From NCBI GenBank assembly GCA_017513085.1, contig JAFWDK010000006.1, positions 1 through 64,000 of the forward strand: DNA of 64,000 nucleotides, in the 5' to 3' direction. The DNA is from Clostridiales bacterium (GTDB taxonomy: Bacteria > Bacillota > Clostridia > Saccharofermentanales > Saccharofermentanaceae). The notes beneath the pieces were generated by a model that saw only the letters and a list, made by a program, of their open reading frames with translations, was not told where the DNA came from and did no database searches. Of the stretch, positions 48,611-59,097 are shown one piece after another (the first letter of the stretch is position 1; each line of letters starts with the position of its first letter). A program made the translations under genes and the position numbers.

Positions 48611-49240
48611 ATGGACGCCAATATTTCCAAGCGCAATACACTGCTTGCTTCCACTGTGATCGCAGGCTTAAAGTCCAGAAACATGGAAGGATATTTTGCC
48701 AAAGATAAAGAAGAAGCACTCAAGATCGCACTGGATCTGATCCCGAAGGGCAGCTCCATCTCCATGGGTGGCGCCATGAGCGTCCATGAAATCGGTCTTT
48801 CCAAGGCACTGAAGGAAGGCGATTACCATTTTATCGACCGCGATGCTTACGAGGATAAGCGTCAGGCCATGCTTCTGGCTTACGATGCCGACTTTTTCCT
48901 TTCCAGCTGTAATGCCATCACGAACGACGGCATCCTGGTCAATATCGACGGCAACGCCAACCGCGTTTCCGCGATCGCGCAAGGTCCGAAACATGTTCTC
49001 TTCATCGTGGGTATGAACAAGGTCTGCGATGATCTCGACGGTGCCATGAAGCGTGCCAGAAACGTTGCCGCACCGATCAACGCCCAGCGCTTCGGTCTCG
49101 ACACACCTTGCTCCAAGAAAGGTTCCTGCTTCGACTGCAAGTCCCCGGATACCATCTGCTGCCAGTTCCTGATCACCCGCTACTCACGTCATCCGGGACG
49201 CATCTCCGTGATCCTGGTAAATGACGATCTGGGCTATTGA
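48611..49240 (+). CDS. LUD-domain (lactate utilization C-like) protein
   Basis: FLSSCNAIT.DG.LVNIDGNANRV and GMNKV. Confidence 0.88.
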   Translation: MDANISKRNTLLASTVIAGLKSRNMEGYFAKDKEEALKIALDLIPKGSSISMGGAMSVHEIGLSKALKEGDYHFIDRDAYEDKRQAMLLAYDADFFLSSCNAITNDGILVNIDGNANRVSAIAQGPKHVLFIVGMNKVCDDLDGAMKRARNVAAPINAQRFGLDTPCSKKGSCFDCKSPDTICCQFLITRYSRHPGRISVILVNDDLGY

Positions 49241-49267
49241 TATCCACGCCAGTCCTTATATACGAAT

Positions 49268-49298
49268 AAAAAAGCGATATCGGAATGGTATCGCTTTT
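49268..49298. terminator. Bidirectional terminator
   Basis: AAAAAAGCGATA..TATCGCTTTT between convergent genes. Confidence 0.8.
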
Positions 49299-49299
49299 C

Positions 49300-50049
49300 T
49301 TATAGAAACCGCAACAGATACAATACCAGTATATGCAACGGATAGAACACATAGAAGAACCATTTATGAAACGGATGCCGGCTTCCGGGTTCTCTGTTGT
49401 AGAAGAAGATAAATACGATTGGTACCAGCACGACGCCCAACTGGTACGCCTCCAGCCAGAACCGCCCATCCGAAACGCCTGCAAAAACCATTGCCAATAT
49501 CGATTCCACAGCTGCAATGATGCCGAATGAAATCCATTTCTTCTTCTCATTGTCCCGATTGATATATGCGAAATGCGCCCACAGCACGGCAAAGATACTC
49601 CAGTCTCCGAAAAGAGACAGGGCGCAAAAGAGAACTACCAGAACAACTTTGATCGCTTTATGGATCTTGAGTTTATCCCACATCCATATCGTTATGAAAG
49701 CGAGGAAGAGTGTCCAGATCACGCCGAACATATCCAGCCCGAAATACGGAAAACGGTTGAATGTGCGGAGCGAATACGGGACCCATGAAATCAGCGAAAA
49801 AACGAAAAGCCGAATCGCGTACTTCTTCTTGTTTCTTGTATACTGATATCCTTCCGCCAATAGCAAAGCCATCCCCGGGCCGGTCAGTCTTCCGAAGACG
49901 TGCATGCACTGTCCGAGCAGTCTTGTCGTCGGCACATATGCCGACGCAATATGGTCAACAAGCATCGCTATGATCAGCAAATACTTGAGCTGATTCCTAT
50001 TGAGTTTCCAATGAGTCCTTCTGTTCAGTTGAAGATCTTCATTCTCCAT
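49300..50049 (-). CDS. TraX-family membrane protein
   Basis: LKYLLIIAMLVDH, GR, AEGY.YTRN..KY..RL and KWFFYVFYPLH. Confidence 0.88.
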   Translation of the reverse strand: MENEDLQLNRRTHWKLNRNQLKYLLIIAMLVDHIASAYVPTTRLLGQCMHVFGRLTGPGMALLLAEGYQYTRNKKKYAIRLFVFSLISWVPYSLRTFNRFPYFGLDMFGVIWTLFLAFITIWMWDKLKIHKAIKVVLVVLFCALSLFGDWSIFAVLWAHFAYINRDNEKKKWISFGIIAAVESILAMVFAGVSDGRFWLEAYQLGVVLVPIVFIFFYNREPGSRHPFHKWFFYVFYPLHILVLYLLRFL

Positions 50050-50051
50050 TT

Positions 50052-50912
50052 TTATCGGATCTGAACCTTTCCCGTACATTCCATGACTGCATTTCCGGTT
50101 ATGATCTCTCCCACTTCATCGCAGATGATCGTTCCGGATCTCGGATTCTTCACCGAATCGATACGTCCCTTCACATCTGCTTCGACCTCCGAATATTCGA
50201 AAGCCAGATCGCACCCTTCCATCGTGCAGTTTACAAGCTTGAGATTTTTGCAGTAGCAGAACGGCTGCGTGCCGATGATCTTGCAGTTGATCAAAGTCAG
50301 ATTCTCCGAGAACCATGCAAGGTATTCTCCCTTGACTACACAGTTCTTCACCGTCACATTCCTGCTGTGCCAGAAAGCATCTTTCGTATTAAGATTACAG
50401 TTCTTGATCTCAAGTCCATCCACATACTGAAAAGAATACTTACCGTTCAAAGTCACATCAGATAACGAAACATTCTTACTGTCGAAGAATACATATTCCG
50501 AAGAGATCGTGACGTTTTTCAGAGAGAGGCCATCACATTTCCATCCGAACTCCGTAGAGTTGATCGTGCAATTGACAAGTTGAATGTCTTCGCATTCACG
50601 CACCGCCTTCACGCCGCGTATCTCACAATCTTTCAGTTTGCCATGCTTGGCATACCAGATCGGTGCCCGGCATGTCTCCTCCATCGTGACCTCATTCGCA
50701 GTGAAGTCGACAACATGCCATAACGGATACCGAAGGGAAAACGTACACTGTTTCACCTTGATATCCGAAGATTCTTTCAGCGCAGATTCTCCGTCTTTAG
50801 GACCTGCAAAAGTGCAACATTCCACTTTCGCGCACGTTGTATGGTACAGTGCCCGCTCTTCATCAAAATTCTGTCCCTTGATCGTCTTTCGCTCGGGAGC
50901 TTTATTACTCAT
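50052..50912 (-). CDS. DUF3737-family beta-helix protein
   Basis: ERALY, GESALKE, RYPLWH, TKDAFW and GEYLAW.S.NL. Confidence 0.88.
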   Translation of the reverse strand: MSNKAPERKTIKGQNFDEERALYHTTCAKVECCTFAGPKDGESALKESSDIKVKQCTFSLRYPLWHVVDFTANEVTMEETCRAPIWYAKHGKLKDCEIRGVKAVRECEDIQLVNCTINSTEFGWKCDGLSLKNVTISSEYVFFDSKNVSLSDVTLNGKYSFQYVDGLEIKNCNLNTKDAFWHSRNVTVKNCVVKGEYLAWFSENLTLINCKIIGTQPFCYCKNLKLVNCTMEGCDLAFEYSEVEADVKGRIDSVKNPRSGTIICDEVGEIITGNAVMECTGKVQIR

Positions 50913-50937
50913 TCAATATTCCTCTTTTTCTATAGTT

Positions 50938-53076
50938 TCACAGCTTGATCGTAATCGAGATCAAGTCTTCCTCTTTGCTGCTGTGTCCGGCATAAAGAAT
51001 GAATTCTCCCGGCTCCAGCACCTTCTCGCACTTGGCATTGATCAAAGAGAAATCATCTTTACTCAACCTGATCTCCACGTCCTTCGACTCACCGGCAGAC
51101 AGTTCGACCTGCTTAAAAGCGATCAGTCTTCTGACAGGCGTCAACACACTGGACACACAGTCATTCTGATAGATCTGCACGGTCTCGACGCCGTCCCGTG
51201 CGCCGGTATTTTTCACTGTAACACGGAGCATCAGATCTTCATCCAGGCACAAGTTTTCGTATGCAAAAGCACTATACCCCATTCCTTCTCCGAATGCAAA
51301 AAGCGGTGCCTGTGGCAGGTCGTTGTATTTTCCGCCATGCCATCCGGGCATCTGATTGTAGTAGACCGGGATCTGTCCGGAATGTCTCGGGAATGAGATC
51401 GGAAGACGTCCTCTCGGATTGATCTTTCCGAAGAGCACCTCTGCCAACGCCTGTCCTGCAAACATGCCGCCGTTAAATCCGCACACTACCGCGTCTGCCT
51501 TCTCCGCCGTATCTCCCATGCAGAGTGGTTTCGAAGCAATAAGGACTGTGCAGATCTTTTTTCCTGTTTCTTTCAGACGGGCGAACAACTCGTTCTGACG
51601 TCCGGAAAGATCCAGATCCGCGCGGTCGGAATACTCACCGAACTGTGGGATCACATCGCCAACGGCATAGATCACTACGTCCGCATCAGAAGCCACGCGT
51701 ACCGCTTCAGCCAGATCCGCATCCTCGTTCACACCTTCCAGCGGCTTCACGGCACAGCCTTTGGCATATACAGCTTCGATACCGTTCTTTTCACAAATAT
51801 CCTTCACGCCTTCCCATAATGTTACATACGGACGGATCGCAGGACGACTGTTCGTCGGATCCGGAACAGGATGTGTGAAGTACGTCCAGTCGCCATACTG
51901 GGCGCGCACATTGTCCGCATTTTCACCAATGACCGCCACTTTCTTCACGTTTCCGCACAAAGGAAGCATGCCGTTATTACGTAGCAACGTTACACTCTTT
52001 CTTGCCGCATCCAAAGAAGCCTCCAGGTGTTCTGGCTTTCCGAAGCAGTCGGGTTCACCTCTCTTCTCCGGTTTGTCGAAGAGTTCCATCTCATATTTGA
52101 TCGTGAGAATATGCAGCACGGCTTCATCCACAACAGAGATATCGACCTTTCCTTCTTTCAAAGCAGCCAGCATTCCTTCGTAGAAACCCTTGGTCGTCAT
52201 GATCATGTCATTACCGGCAGAAGCCGCCATGATCGAAGCTTCGGAAATATCCGCCGCAATATGCTGCAGCCATACCAGACTCTGGGTGTTGTCCCAGTCC
52301 GTGATCACGAAACCATCGAATTTCAATTCATCACGAAGAACATCGTGCAGGATCCGACGGTTCGCGGTAAGCGGAGTTCCATCCAGGAAGCCATATGCCG
52401 TCATGATCGTAGCACAGCCTGCATCCACCGCCTTCTTAAATGGAGGCAGGAAAAGCTCTCTGACTTTTCGTTCTGTTACTTCCGTATCGTAGGCATCACG
52501 TCCTCCGGTAGCTTCGCCATAACCGAGATAGTGCTTCGCGCAAGCGAGGATATGCGCATCATCCGCAAGATCATCACCCTGATAACCTTCAATGATCGCG
52601 GCCCCCATCTCTCCGATCAGATACGGATCTTCGCCGAATGTCTCATTTACACGGCCCCAACGTGTATCACGCCCGATGCAAAGCACCGGGGAAAATGTCC
52701 AATGAAGTCCGTCAGTCGCAACTTCCCGGGCAGTCACCTCACCCATTTTTCTTGCCACTTCCGGATCCCAGCTGCAAGCACAGGTCAACTGCGACGGAAA
52801 GATCGTCGCCTTGTTATTCAATCCATGTCCGTGGATCGCATCAATACCAAAGATCACCGGAATCCCCAGTCTCGTTTTCATTGCTTCTCTTTGCAGTTCT
52901 CTTGCATCATCTCCTAAAACATGCAAAAAAGAACCGGCTCCGAGCTTTGCCCACTTCAGTGCCTCTTCCCTGCCGCCATCCGTATAGGTAACTTGAATCA
53001 TCTGCGCGACCTTTTCTTCCGTAGTCATCCGGGAAAGAAGTTCTCTTGCTTTCTCTTTAGCCGATTCTCTATTCAT
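50938..53076 (-). CDS. GH3 beta-glucosidase/xylosidase, no signal peptide
   Basis: DAIHG, RWGRVNETFGEDP, KHY, ITDW nucleophile motif and a C-terminal Fn3-like domain. Confidence 0.95.
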   Translation of the reverse strand: MNRESAKEKARELLSRMTTEEKVAQMIQVTYTDGGREEALKWAKLGAGSFLHVLGDDARELQREAMKTRLGIPVIFGIDAIHGHGLNNKATIFPSQLTCACSWDPEVARKMGEVTAREVATDGLHWTFSPVLCIGRDTRWGRVNETFGEDPYLIGEMGAAIIEGYQGDDLADDAHILACAKHYLGYGEATGGRDAYDTEVTERKVRELFLPPFKKAVDAGCATIMTAYGFLDGTPLTANRRILHDVLRDELKFDGFVITDWDNTQSLVWLQHIAADISEASIMAASAGNDMIMTTKGFYEGMLAALKEGKVDISVVDEAVLHILTIKYEMELFDKPEKRGEPDCFGKPEHLEASLDAARKSVTLLRNNGMLPLCGNVKKVAVIGENADNVRAQYGDWTYFTHPVPDPTNSRPAIRPYVTLWEGVKDICEKNGIEAVYAKGCAVKPLEGVNEDADLAEAVRVASDADVVIYAVGDVIPQFGEYSDRADLDLSGRQNELFARLKETGKKICTVLIASKPLCMGDTAEKADAVVCGFNGGMFAGQALAEVLFGKINPRGRLPISFPRHSGQIPVYYNQMPGWHGGKYNDLPQAPLFAFGEGMGYSAFAYENLCLDEDLMLRVTVKNTGARDGVETVQIYQNDCVSSVLTPVRRLIAFKQVELSAGESKDVEIRLSKDDFSLINAKCEKVLEPGEFILYAGHSSKEEDLISITIKL

Positions 53077-53211
53077 AAGGGTTTCCTCCAATATCGATAA
53101 CTGATCCGTTTATATGGTCACGTTCATTATATCAGAGGAAACCCTTCTCTTCTTGTTTATTCTGTTAAGATCTGCTCATTGATCCACGTATTGTAAATCG
53201 CATTTTCTTCG

Positions 53212-55011
53212 TCAGTCGATCTCGCCTCTTTCGATACCATACTGATTACAGATTCCGGTAAATTCTTTGCTTCCGCCGAAGAACTGCAGCACGCTGTTTC
53301 TTGTCTGACGGGCGGCATGTATTTCTTCCACCCAGTAAGACACCTCACTTGCTTCAGGGTCTCTTCCCATAAATGTTCTATACAAGCGTTTCACATATTC
53401 TTCGTCAGAAGTCTTGAAACCCAGAAACTCTTCCGAGGTAAAGAATTGTTTTGTTGCGCCGTATCCGGTCTTTTCCAGATTGGTCAATGCCAGGCTCCAG
53501 TATTGAAGTCCTTCCTCCTCCGCTTCTCTTCCCAGACAGCATGTATAGAGGCGGGTTGCGAACTTGATCGCATTCTTGGAAGCAAACTCGGCCTTATGGT
53601 AATGCGCTCCGGATCTGACACCATAGGTCGCGCAAACATTGCACCATTCGGTTGACTCAATAAACTCATTCACGACAGAAGCTTTGCCGGCTCCTTGCTT
53701 AAGTTTGTTCATCCAGAATTCCTTACCGCTCTTATCAGAAGCCCGGTCATAGAAAGTCTTATACAGGACCTCCAGGAAATCGCTGTCGTTCAATTTACGG
53801 TTCATGAATTCCGGTGCTTCGACCAGAAAATACCTTGCACAGTCCGCACCATTGTATTCACCCTTTTTCACCTTTTCGACCCAGAATTTTTTGCCTGCTT
53901 CTTCCGAATCACGATTCAGGGCTACAACATATAAGCGCTCTACAAAATCTTCAAAATCCGGTTCTTTTACCGGATCACCCGGGATCGGTGTAACAGGCTC
54001 CGGGGTCGGTGTTACAGACGGTTCCGGTGTATTCGTCCGGTCTGTGATCATCGTTGACGATTCGTTAAAGAATATCGCGCATCTTGTCATCTGTCCATCG
54101 ATCTCCAATTCTCCCTCACTAAAGACGATCGCGTCACCGGCATGCGAATCCGAGTCTTTCTGAAGCGGGTATTTCTTCATCAATTCGAAAAGGCGCGTGC
54201 AGTCACATATATAAAACTCCGGAAGAGGATTTCCCACCAGACTTAAGTAATACAGATCCTTATGTCCGGACAGATCCAGTTTGGAAAGATTGCCGCCATA
54301 ACACCAGAATTCTTTCAGTTTCGGATTGGTGCTCACATCCACTTTTGATATTGGATTAAAACCGCAGCTTAGATACTCCAGTTTCGGATTTTTACTTGTA
54401 TCCAGAGTTCTGATATTATTCCCGTAGCAATCAATTCTGACCAGTTCCGGATTATGTGTCAGATCAAGTTTATCAATCTGGTTTTCGTAGCATTCGATGC
54501 CGGTAAGTTTGGCATTCTTCGAGACATTAAGTTCTGTCAATTGGTTCTTTCCACACAGGATATACTCCAGGTCTTCATTTTTCGAGACATTCAGTTCGCA
54601 AAGTCCTGTCTCACAGCAAAGCAGTTCTCTCATTTTCGTATTTGCGGAAAGATCCAGTCTTTGCACTTTCGTATAACTGCAAAAGAGATATTCAATGTCT
54701 GCGAAAAACCCGATTCCTTCCAGTGAATAGATTTCTTTTTCGGTACAATCGATCGTTTGCACCGCCTTGATCTCCGATTGACTTAGCTGTCCATCCCGAT
54801 TTATATCAAACGAATCGGAGACATATTTCCGGAACACTTTGTCCGGAAAATTTTTCTCATCAATTCCGACTTCTCCTTGTGTAATGATTTGCTGATCTGA
54901 TCCTTCCCGATCAGCATCCGCACGGAGCACTTTCTGTCCTGTAATGTGTAGTGGCGCAGCCAGGATCCCTGCAGCCAGGATCCCTGCACACACTATTCTT
55001 TTTTCCCTCAT
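53212..55011 (-). CDS. Secreted leucine-rich-repeat protein with a PT linker and DUF4214 repeats
   Basis: NFPD..FR N-cap, 21-aa LxxLDLSxNxxL repeats, TPEP linker and FVERLY..L.R..E..G..FW repeats. Confidence 0.88.
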   Translation of the reverse strand: MREKRIVCAGILAAGILAAPLHITGQKVLRADADREGSDQQIITQGEVGIDEKNFPDKVFRKYVSDSFDINRDGQLSQSEIKAVQTIDCTEKEIYSLEGIGFFADIEYLFCSYTKVQRLDLSANTKMRELLCCETGLCELNVSKNEDLEYILCGKNQLTELNVSKNAKLTGIECYENQIDKLDLTHNPELVRIDCYGNNIRTLDTSKNPKLEYLSCGFNPISKVDVSTNPKLKEFWCYGGNLSKLDLSGHKDLYYLSLVGNPLPEFYICDCTRLFELMKKYPLQKDSDSHAGDAIVFSEGELEIDGQMTRCAIFFNESSTMITDRTNTPEPSVTPTPEPVTPIPGDPVKEPDFEDFVERLYVVALNRDSEEAGKKFWVEKVKKGEYNGADCARYFLVEAPEFMNRKLNDSDFLEVLYKTFYDRASDKSGKEFWMNKLKQGAGKASVVNEFIESTEWCNVCATYGVRSGAHYHKAEFASKNAIKFATRLYTCCLGREAEEEGLQYWSLALTNLEKTGYGATKQFFTSEEFLGFKTSDEEYVKRLYRTFMGRDPEASEVSYWVEEIHAARQTRNSVLQFFGGSKEFTGICNQYGIERGEID

Positions 55012-55044
55012 GATTCTTTCCTCCTTATGATATACATTTTTTCT

Positions 55045-56181
55045 TCAGGCACAGGCCTGTGAAGAATCTTCTTGATTTCTCGGTTCAAATTGACTCATGT
55101 ACCGGGCATATTCCTCTCCATAACGTTTCCAGCCGTCCGGCAGCCACCGGCCGAATCTCTCAAAAACATCGTCCGAGGTTGCGTCCTTGATGACGCGCAT
55201 GATCATATCCGTATAGGTTTCATCGTATTCAAACCGCAACGAGATCCTGCAGATCTTATCGAGCACATCTTCGCCATAGGTTTCTACAAGGAAGGTTACA
55301 AAGCGGATCCCGCACTGGTAAGGTTTATCCTCGTGAAAGCCTGTTATTTCGGAATCTTCTATAAAAGCAGCCACCGGATCATCATAAAACCTGCTTTCGT
55401 CATACAAGGAAAGATTCCGTTCATCACGGACATAGGCAGCACAACTCCTTGCCGGTCGGTTTTCTTTGACCGACAGTTTATACTCGGCATATGTAGCGAT
55501 CCCTTCTGTCAGGACCGTCCCTAGTGAGTTCGACTGACGCAGTTGCAGGACATGTGCCAGTTCGTGATACGCCACACTCAGATCTGCCTGCGGAGAGAAC
55601 ACATCCTTGTCAAAAAGAACCGCCACATTCTCTGCCGCCCACTCGATCTCATCATTTTCCGGAGTGTTCAGGATCAGGATATTCACTTTCGAAAGATCCC
55701 GGTTCACATCGGAAAACGCATTATGAAAATACAAAAATCTCCAATTGATCTCACTATTCACCGGATCGCGATCAAATGAGAGATGCAACTCTTCTTCCAG
55801 TTCACGCATGATCCGCTCCATGTGCACCGCCACATCACCACGAATACTCACACCCTTTTGGAAGAACAGGAAGAATCTATCATCTTCATAAAGACAATCC
55901 TGCCCGATCTCGACGACTTCTTCCGGATCTCCACTCAGTTCGATCGACGGCCATTTGCTTATCGTCTTTCCGTACTCATCTGTTTCCGATGCTAAATTTT
56001 TAAGTTCTTCCTTTTTTCTCGGCGGTTCCGGTTCATTCTCCGGAATGGTCGTCCTTTCATACAGGGAAGGAACCGCATACGCCGGCACCTTCAACGTTTC
56101 TCCTTTTTCTTTGTCGCATCCTGAAAAAAGACTGAGTATTGTACATACTATGAAAACTATACTGATGTTTTGCTTTTTCAT
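55045..56181 (-). CDS. Lipoprotein with a gluzincin-type HEXXH zinc peptidase motif
   Basis: Lipobox FSGC; YHELAHVL followed by TEGIATY. Confidence 0.75.
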   Translation of the reverse strand: MKKQNISIVFIVCTILSLFSGCDKEKGETLKVPAYAVPSLYERTTIPENEPEPPRKKEELKNLASETDEYGKTISKWPSIELSGDPEEVVEIGQDCLYEDDRFFLFFQKGVSIRGDVAVHMERIMRELEEELHLSFDRDPVNSEINWRFLYFHNAFSDVNRDLSKVNILILNTPENDEIEWAAENVAVLFDKDVFSPQADLSVAYHELAHVLQLRQSNSLGTVLTEGIATYAEYKLSVKENRPARSCAAYVRDERNLSLYDESRFYDDPVAAFIEDSEITGFHEDKPYQCGIRFVTFLVETYGEDVLDKICRISLRFEYDETYTDMIMRVIKDATSDDVFERFGRWLPDGWKRYGEEYARYMSQFEPRNQEDSSQACA

Positions 56182-56277
56182 ATCGCAACTCCTTTTTTTG
56201 TTTCGAGAAGAATCTGTCTTACGTTCCCTCTCTCTTTCAAACTCAGTATAGGGCGGCGATGTGTAATCCTTATGTAC

Positions 56278-56316
56278 AAAAAAACGGTTATCTCAAAACC
56301 ATGAGACAACCGCTTC
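56278..56316 (-). terminator. Terminator after the amino-acid ABC operon
   Basis: CGGTT.TCTCA/TGAGA.AACCG stem with a U-run on the minus strand. Confidence 0.75.
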
Positions 56317-56348
56317 GTTTAGTCATATGTTGATCAACCGATATTCAC

Positions 56349-57140
56349 TCAAAGCACCTTCGCCAGGAAAGACTGAAGTCTTTCGTTCTTCGGATGATTA
56401 AATATCTCGTCCGGCGTGCCCTCCTCGAGGATCTTTCCTTCATCCATAAAGATCACGCGCGATCCGACTTCTCTTGCAAATCCCATCTCGTGTGTGACGA
56501 CCGCCATGGTCATTCCGGACTTGGCAAGATCTTTCATAACATCCAGAACTTCACCGACCATCTCCGGATCGAGTGCAGAAGTAGGCTCGTCAAACAGAAG
56601 CACATCCGGAGACATACAAAGCGCACGGACGATCGCGATACGCTGTTTCTGGCCGCCGGAAAGCTGACTGGGATACGCAAGCGCACGGTCCTCCAGCGCT
56701 ACTTTCTTGAGCAGTTCTCTTGCCTTTGCCTCCGCATCTTCCCGACTCATCTTCAGAAGTTTTCTCGGCGCCAGCGTCATGTTATCCAGGATCGTCAGAT
56801 GCGGGAAAAGATTGAAGTGCTGGAACACCATACCCATCTTCTGACGGAGTTTGTTAATATCGTTTTTCGGAGAAGTGATGTCCACTCCTTCAAAGGTGAT
56901 CTGACCTTCTGTCGGCATCTCGAGGAGATTCAGAGAACGGAGGAACGTGGATTTACCGGAACCGGACGGTCCGATAATGACCAGTACCTCTCCTTTCTTG
57001 ATATCCGTGTTGATCCCGTCCAGAGCATGGATCTCACCGGCCTTGCTTTTGTAATGCTTGGCCAGTTTTTTCACCGAGATAAGGACTTCACCGTTATTTA
57101 TCGTCTTCGTTGTTTCGTTATTGGAATTATCAGCGCTCAC
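56349..57140 (-). CDS. Polar amino-acid ABC ATP-binding protein (GlnQ-like)
   Basis: [27 protein letters not shown] and VTHEMGFA. Confidence 0.95.
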   Translation of the reverse strand: MSADNSNNETTKTINNGEVLISVKKLAKHYKSKAGEIHALDGINTDIKKGEVLVIIGPSGSGKSTFLRSLNLLEMPTEGQITFEGVDITSPKNDINKLRQKMGMVFQHFNLFPHLTILDNMTLAPRKLLKMSREDAEAKARELLKKVALEDRALAYPSQLSGGQKQRIAIVRALCMSPDVLLFDEPTSALDPEMVGEVLDVMKDLAKSGMTMAVVTHEMGFAREVGSRVIFMDEGKILEEGTPDEIFNHPKNERLQSFLAKVL

Positions 57141-57897
57141 TGTTTCTCAGCCTCCTTTCAAGTATGGATATTAACTTGGTAAAGAAGATAACGACGATCA
57201 GGTAAATAATTGCTACAGCAATAAGACCCGGAAGCGCGTCATAAGTGCGGCTTCGGATAACATCACCACCACGGGCAAGGTCCATGATGCCAACGTAACC
57301 GGAAACGGATGTTTCTTTGATCAATACGATAAACTCATTGGCCAGCGCCGGCAGAACATTCTTAAAGGCCTGCGGAATGACGATATAGATCATGGTCTGC
57401 ACGTAATTGAAGCCCAGAGAACGGCCGGCTTCAAACTGTCCGTTATCGATACTCATGATACCGGATCGGATGATCTCCGCGACATATGCGCCGGAGTTGA
57501 TACCAAAAGCTAAAGAAGCAACAAGTAAGGTGTTGGTTGAGGCCGCAAAGATGATATAGTACATGATCATGAGCTGGACGACCACAGGCGTTCCACGTAT
57601 CACGGTCAGATAGAGATTCACGATCGTATTGAAAAACTTCAGAAGAAATTTTTTAATACCAGGACGCATATCCTTGATCGTCTTGTCGTGCGTCGCGCGT
57701 ACAATGGCAGCGATCACACCCAGTGCGATGCCGAGGAGCAGCGCGAAGAACGTGATCTTCATAGTCATCCAAAGTCCCTTATAAAGGTACTTGTATCGAC
57801 CATCTTCGATCAAATTGGTATATAAGCGGTCCTTCCACTTTTCCCACCAGGTCGTCAAACCCAGGAGAACCCGGTATCCCTGTTGCGAATATAACAT
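57130..57897 (-). CDS. Polar amino-acid ABC permease
   Basis: [19 protein letters not shown] and [10 protein letters not shown]. Confidence 0.95.
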   Translation of the reverse strand: MLYSQQGYRVLLGLTTWWEKWKDRLYTNLIEDGRYKYLYKGLWMTMKITFFALLLGIALGVIAAIVRATHDKTIKDMRPGIKKFLLKFFNTIVNLYLTVIRGTPVVVQLMIMYYIIFAASTNTLLVASLAFGINSGAYVAEIIRSGIMSIDNGQFEAGRSLGFNYVQTMIYIVIPQAFKNVLPALANEFIVLIKETSVSGYVGIMDLARGGDVIRSRTYDALPGLIAVAIIYLIVVIFFTKLISILERRLRNSER

Positions 57898-57945
57898 GAT
57901 AACACCCTCCAGATCATCTTCTATTCGAGATTACTATTTTATAAG

Positions 57946-57985
57946 AAAAGAAGGCGGAAATAAAGTATTTCACGCCTTCTTTTTT
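57946..57985 (-). terminator. Intra-operon hairpin/terminator after the binding-protein gene
   Basis: AAAAGAAGGCG...CGCCTTCTTTT. Confidence 0.75.
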
Positions 57986-58042
57986 CATTTCATTTCCATT
58001 TCGTCCGGAAAGCAATAAATGCTGTCAGAACGAGTCCTGCGA

Positions 58043-58876
58043 TCAGCCCTTGGAAGGAATGTACTTCTCGATGATAGCAGCGATCGTACCATCATCAGTC
58101 AGTTCTTTGAGCGCGGCATTGAGTTTATCAAGAAGAACAGTGTTGTCCTTGTTTACACACATAGCATAATCTTCAACCGTGAAAGGTGTTTCCAGGATCT
58201 TCAATCCTTCATTCGCAGCCACAAAAGACTTCGCCGGCTCGTTGTCGATAACTACAGCATCGACCTTACCTGCAGAGAGAGCCAGAACAGCATCCGGTCC
58301 CTTGGAATAACGTACGACCCTTGCTTCACCGACACCGCCATCAGCCGGGTCAAAAGACATATAAATATCACCGGTCGTACCCTGCTGTACGCCAACCTTG
58401 TAGTCGCCGCCCAGGAGAGTGTCGATATCCACGATCTCGGAGCCTTCCTTCACAATGATCGCCTGGATACCTGTAGCATAAGTAGTAGTAAAGTTTACTG
58501 CCTTCTTACGAGTATCGGTAACCGTCATACCGGCCATACCGAAGTCATACTTATTGTTCTGTACACCGGCGATAATAGAATCGAACTCTACGTCCATGAT
58601 CTGCAGTTCAAGGCCGAGTTTCTTCGCAATAGCTTCAGCGATCTCTGCATCGATACCGACGATCTTTTCGTTCTGATAATACTCGTACGGCTGGAAGAAA
58701 GCATTGGTAGCCATGATCAGCTTGCCTTCCTGAACAGTGAACTTTTCTGCAGCTACTGTTGTATCTGCAGCACTCTCCGCCTTGGTCGTTTCTTCAGACT
58801 TCGAACAGCCAACCATTGCTCCCGCCATGCAGAAGATCAATCCAACCGATACGATCTTTGATAATAACTTTTTCAT
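58043..58876 (-). CDS. Polar amino-acid ABC substrate-binding lipoprotein (family 3)
   Basis: Lipobox MVGC; ATNAFFQPYEY and VGVQQGTTG. Confidence 0.95.
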   Translation of the reverse strand: MKKLLSKIVSVGLIFCMAGAMVGCSKSEETTKAESAADTTVAAEKFTVQEGKLIMATNAFFQPYEYYQNEKIVGIDAEIAEAIAKKLGLELQIMDVEFDSIIAGVQNNKYDFGMAGMTVTDTRKKAVNFTTTYATGIQAIIVKEGSEIVDIDTLLGGDYKVGVQQGTTGDIYMSFDPADGGVGEARVVRYSKGPDAVLALSAGKVDAVVIDNEPAKSFVAANEGLKILETPFTVEDYAMCVNKDNTVLLDKLNAALKELTDDGTIAAIIEKYIPSKG

Positions 58877-59097
58877 ATATATCCTCCTTGTGACAAAATG
58901 TCTACGCTATAAGTATAATGCCTCTTTTACATACTGTCATTTCAATATCTGACGAAATTCCATGGCAAAAGCACTTTTTATTCGGCATTTAAACCAAAAA
59001 CCGTATTTCATGCCGAACTATGATTTTCCGTTTCCGACCCGGCTTAAAAAACATGATATAATCAAGTCATCAAATACGAAATTCCGAGGTTTCTTCT

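Noticed and set aside
58877-59097. T-box or amino-acid riboswitch before the amino-acid ABC operon
   Set aside because: No T-box motif or leader terminator; the short gap is shared by divergent promoters.
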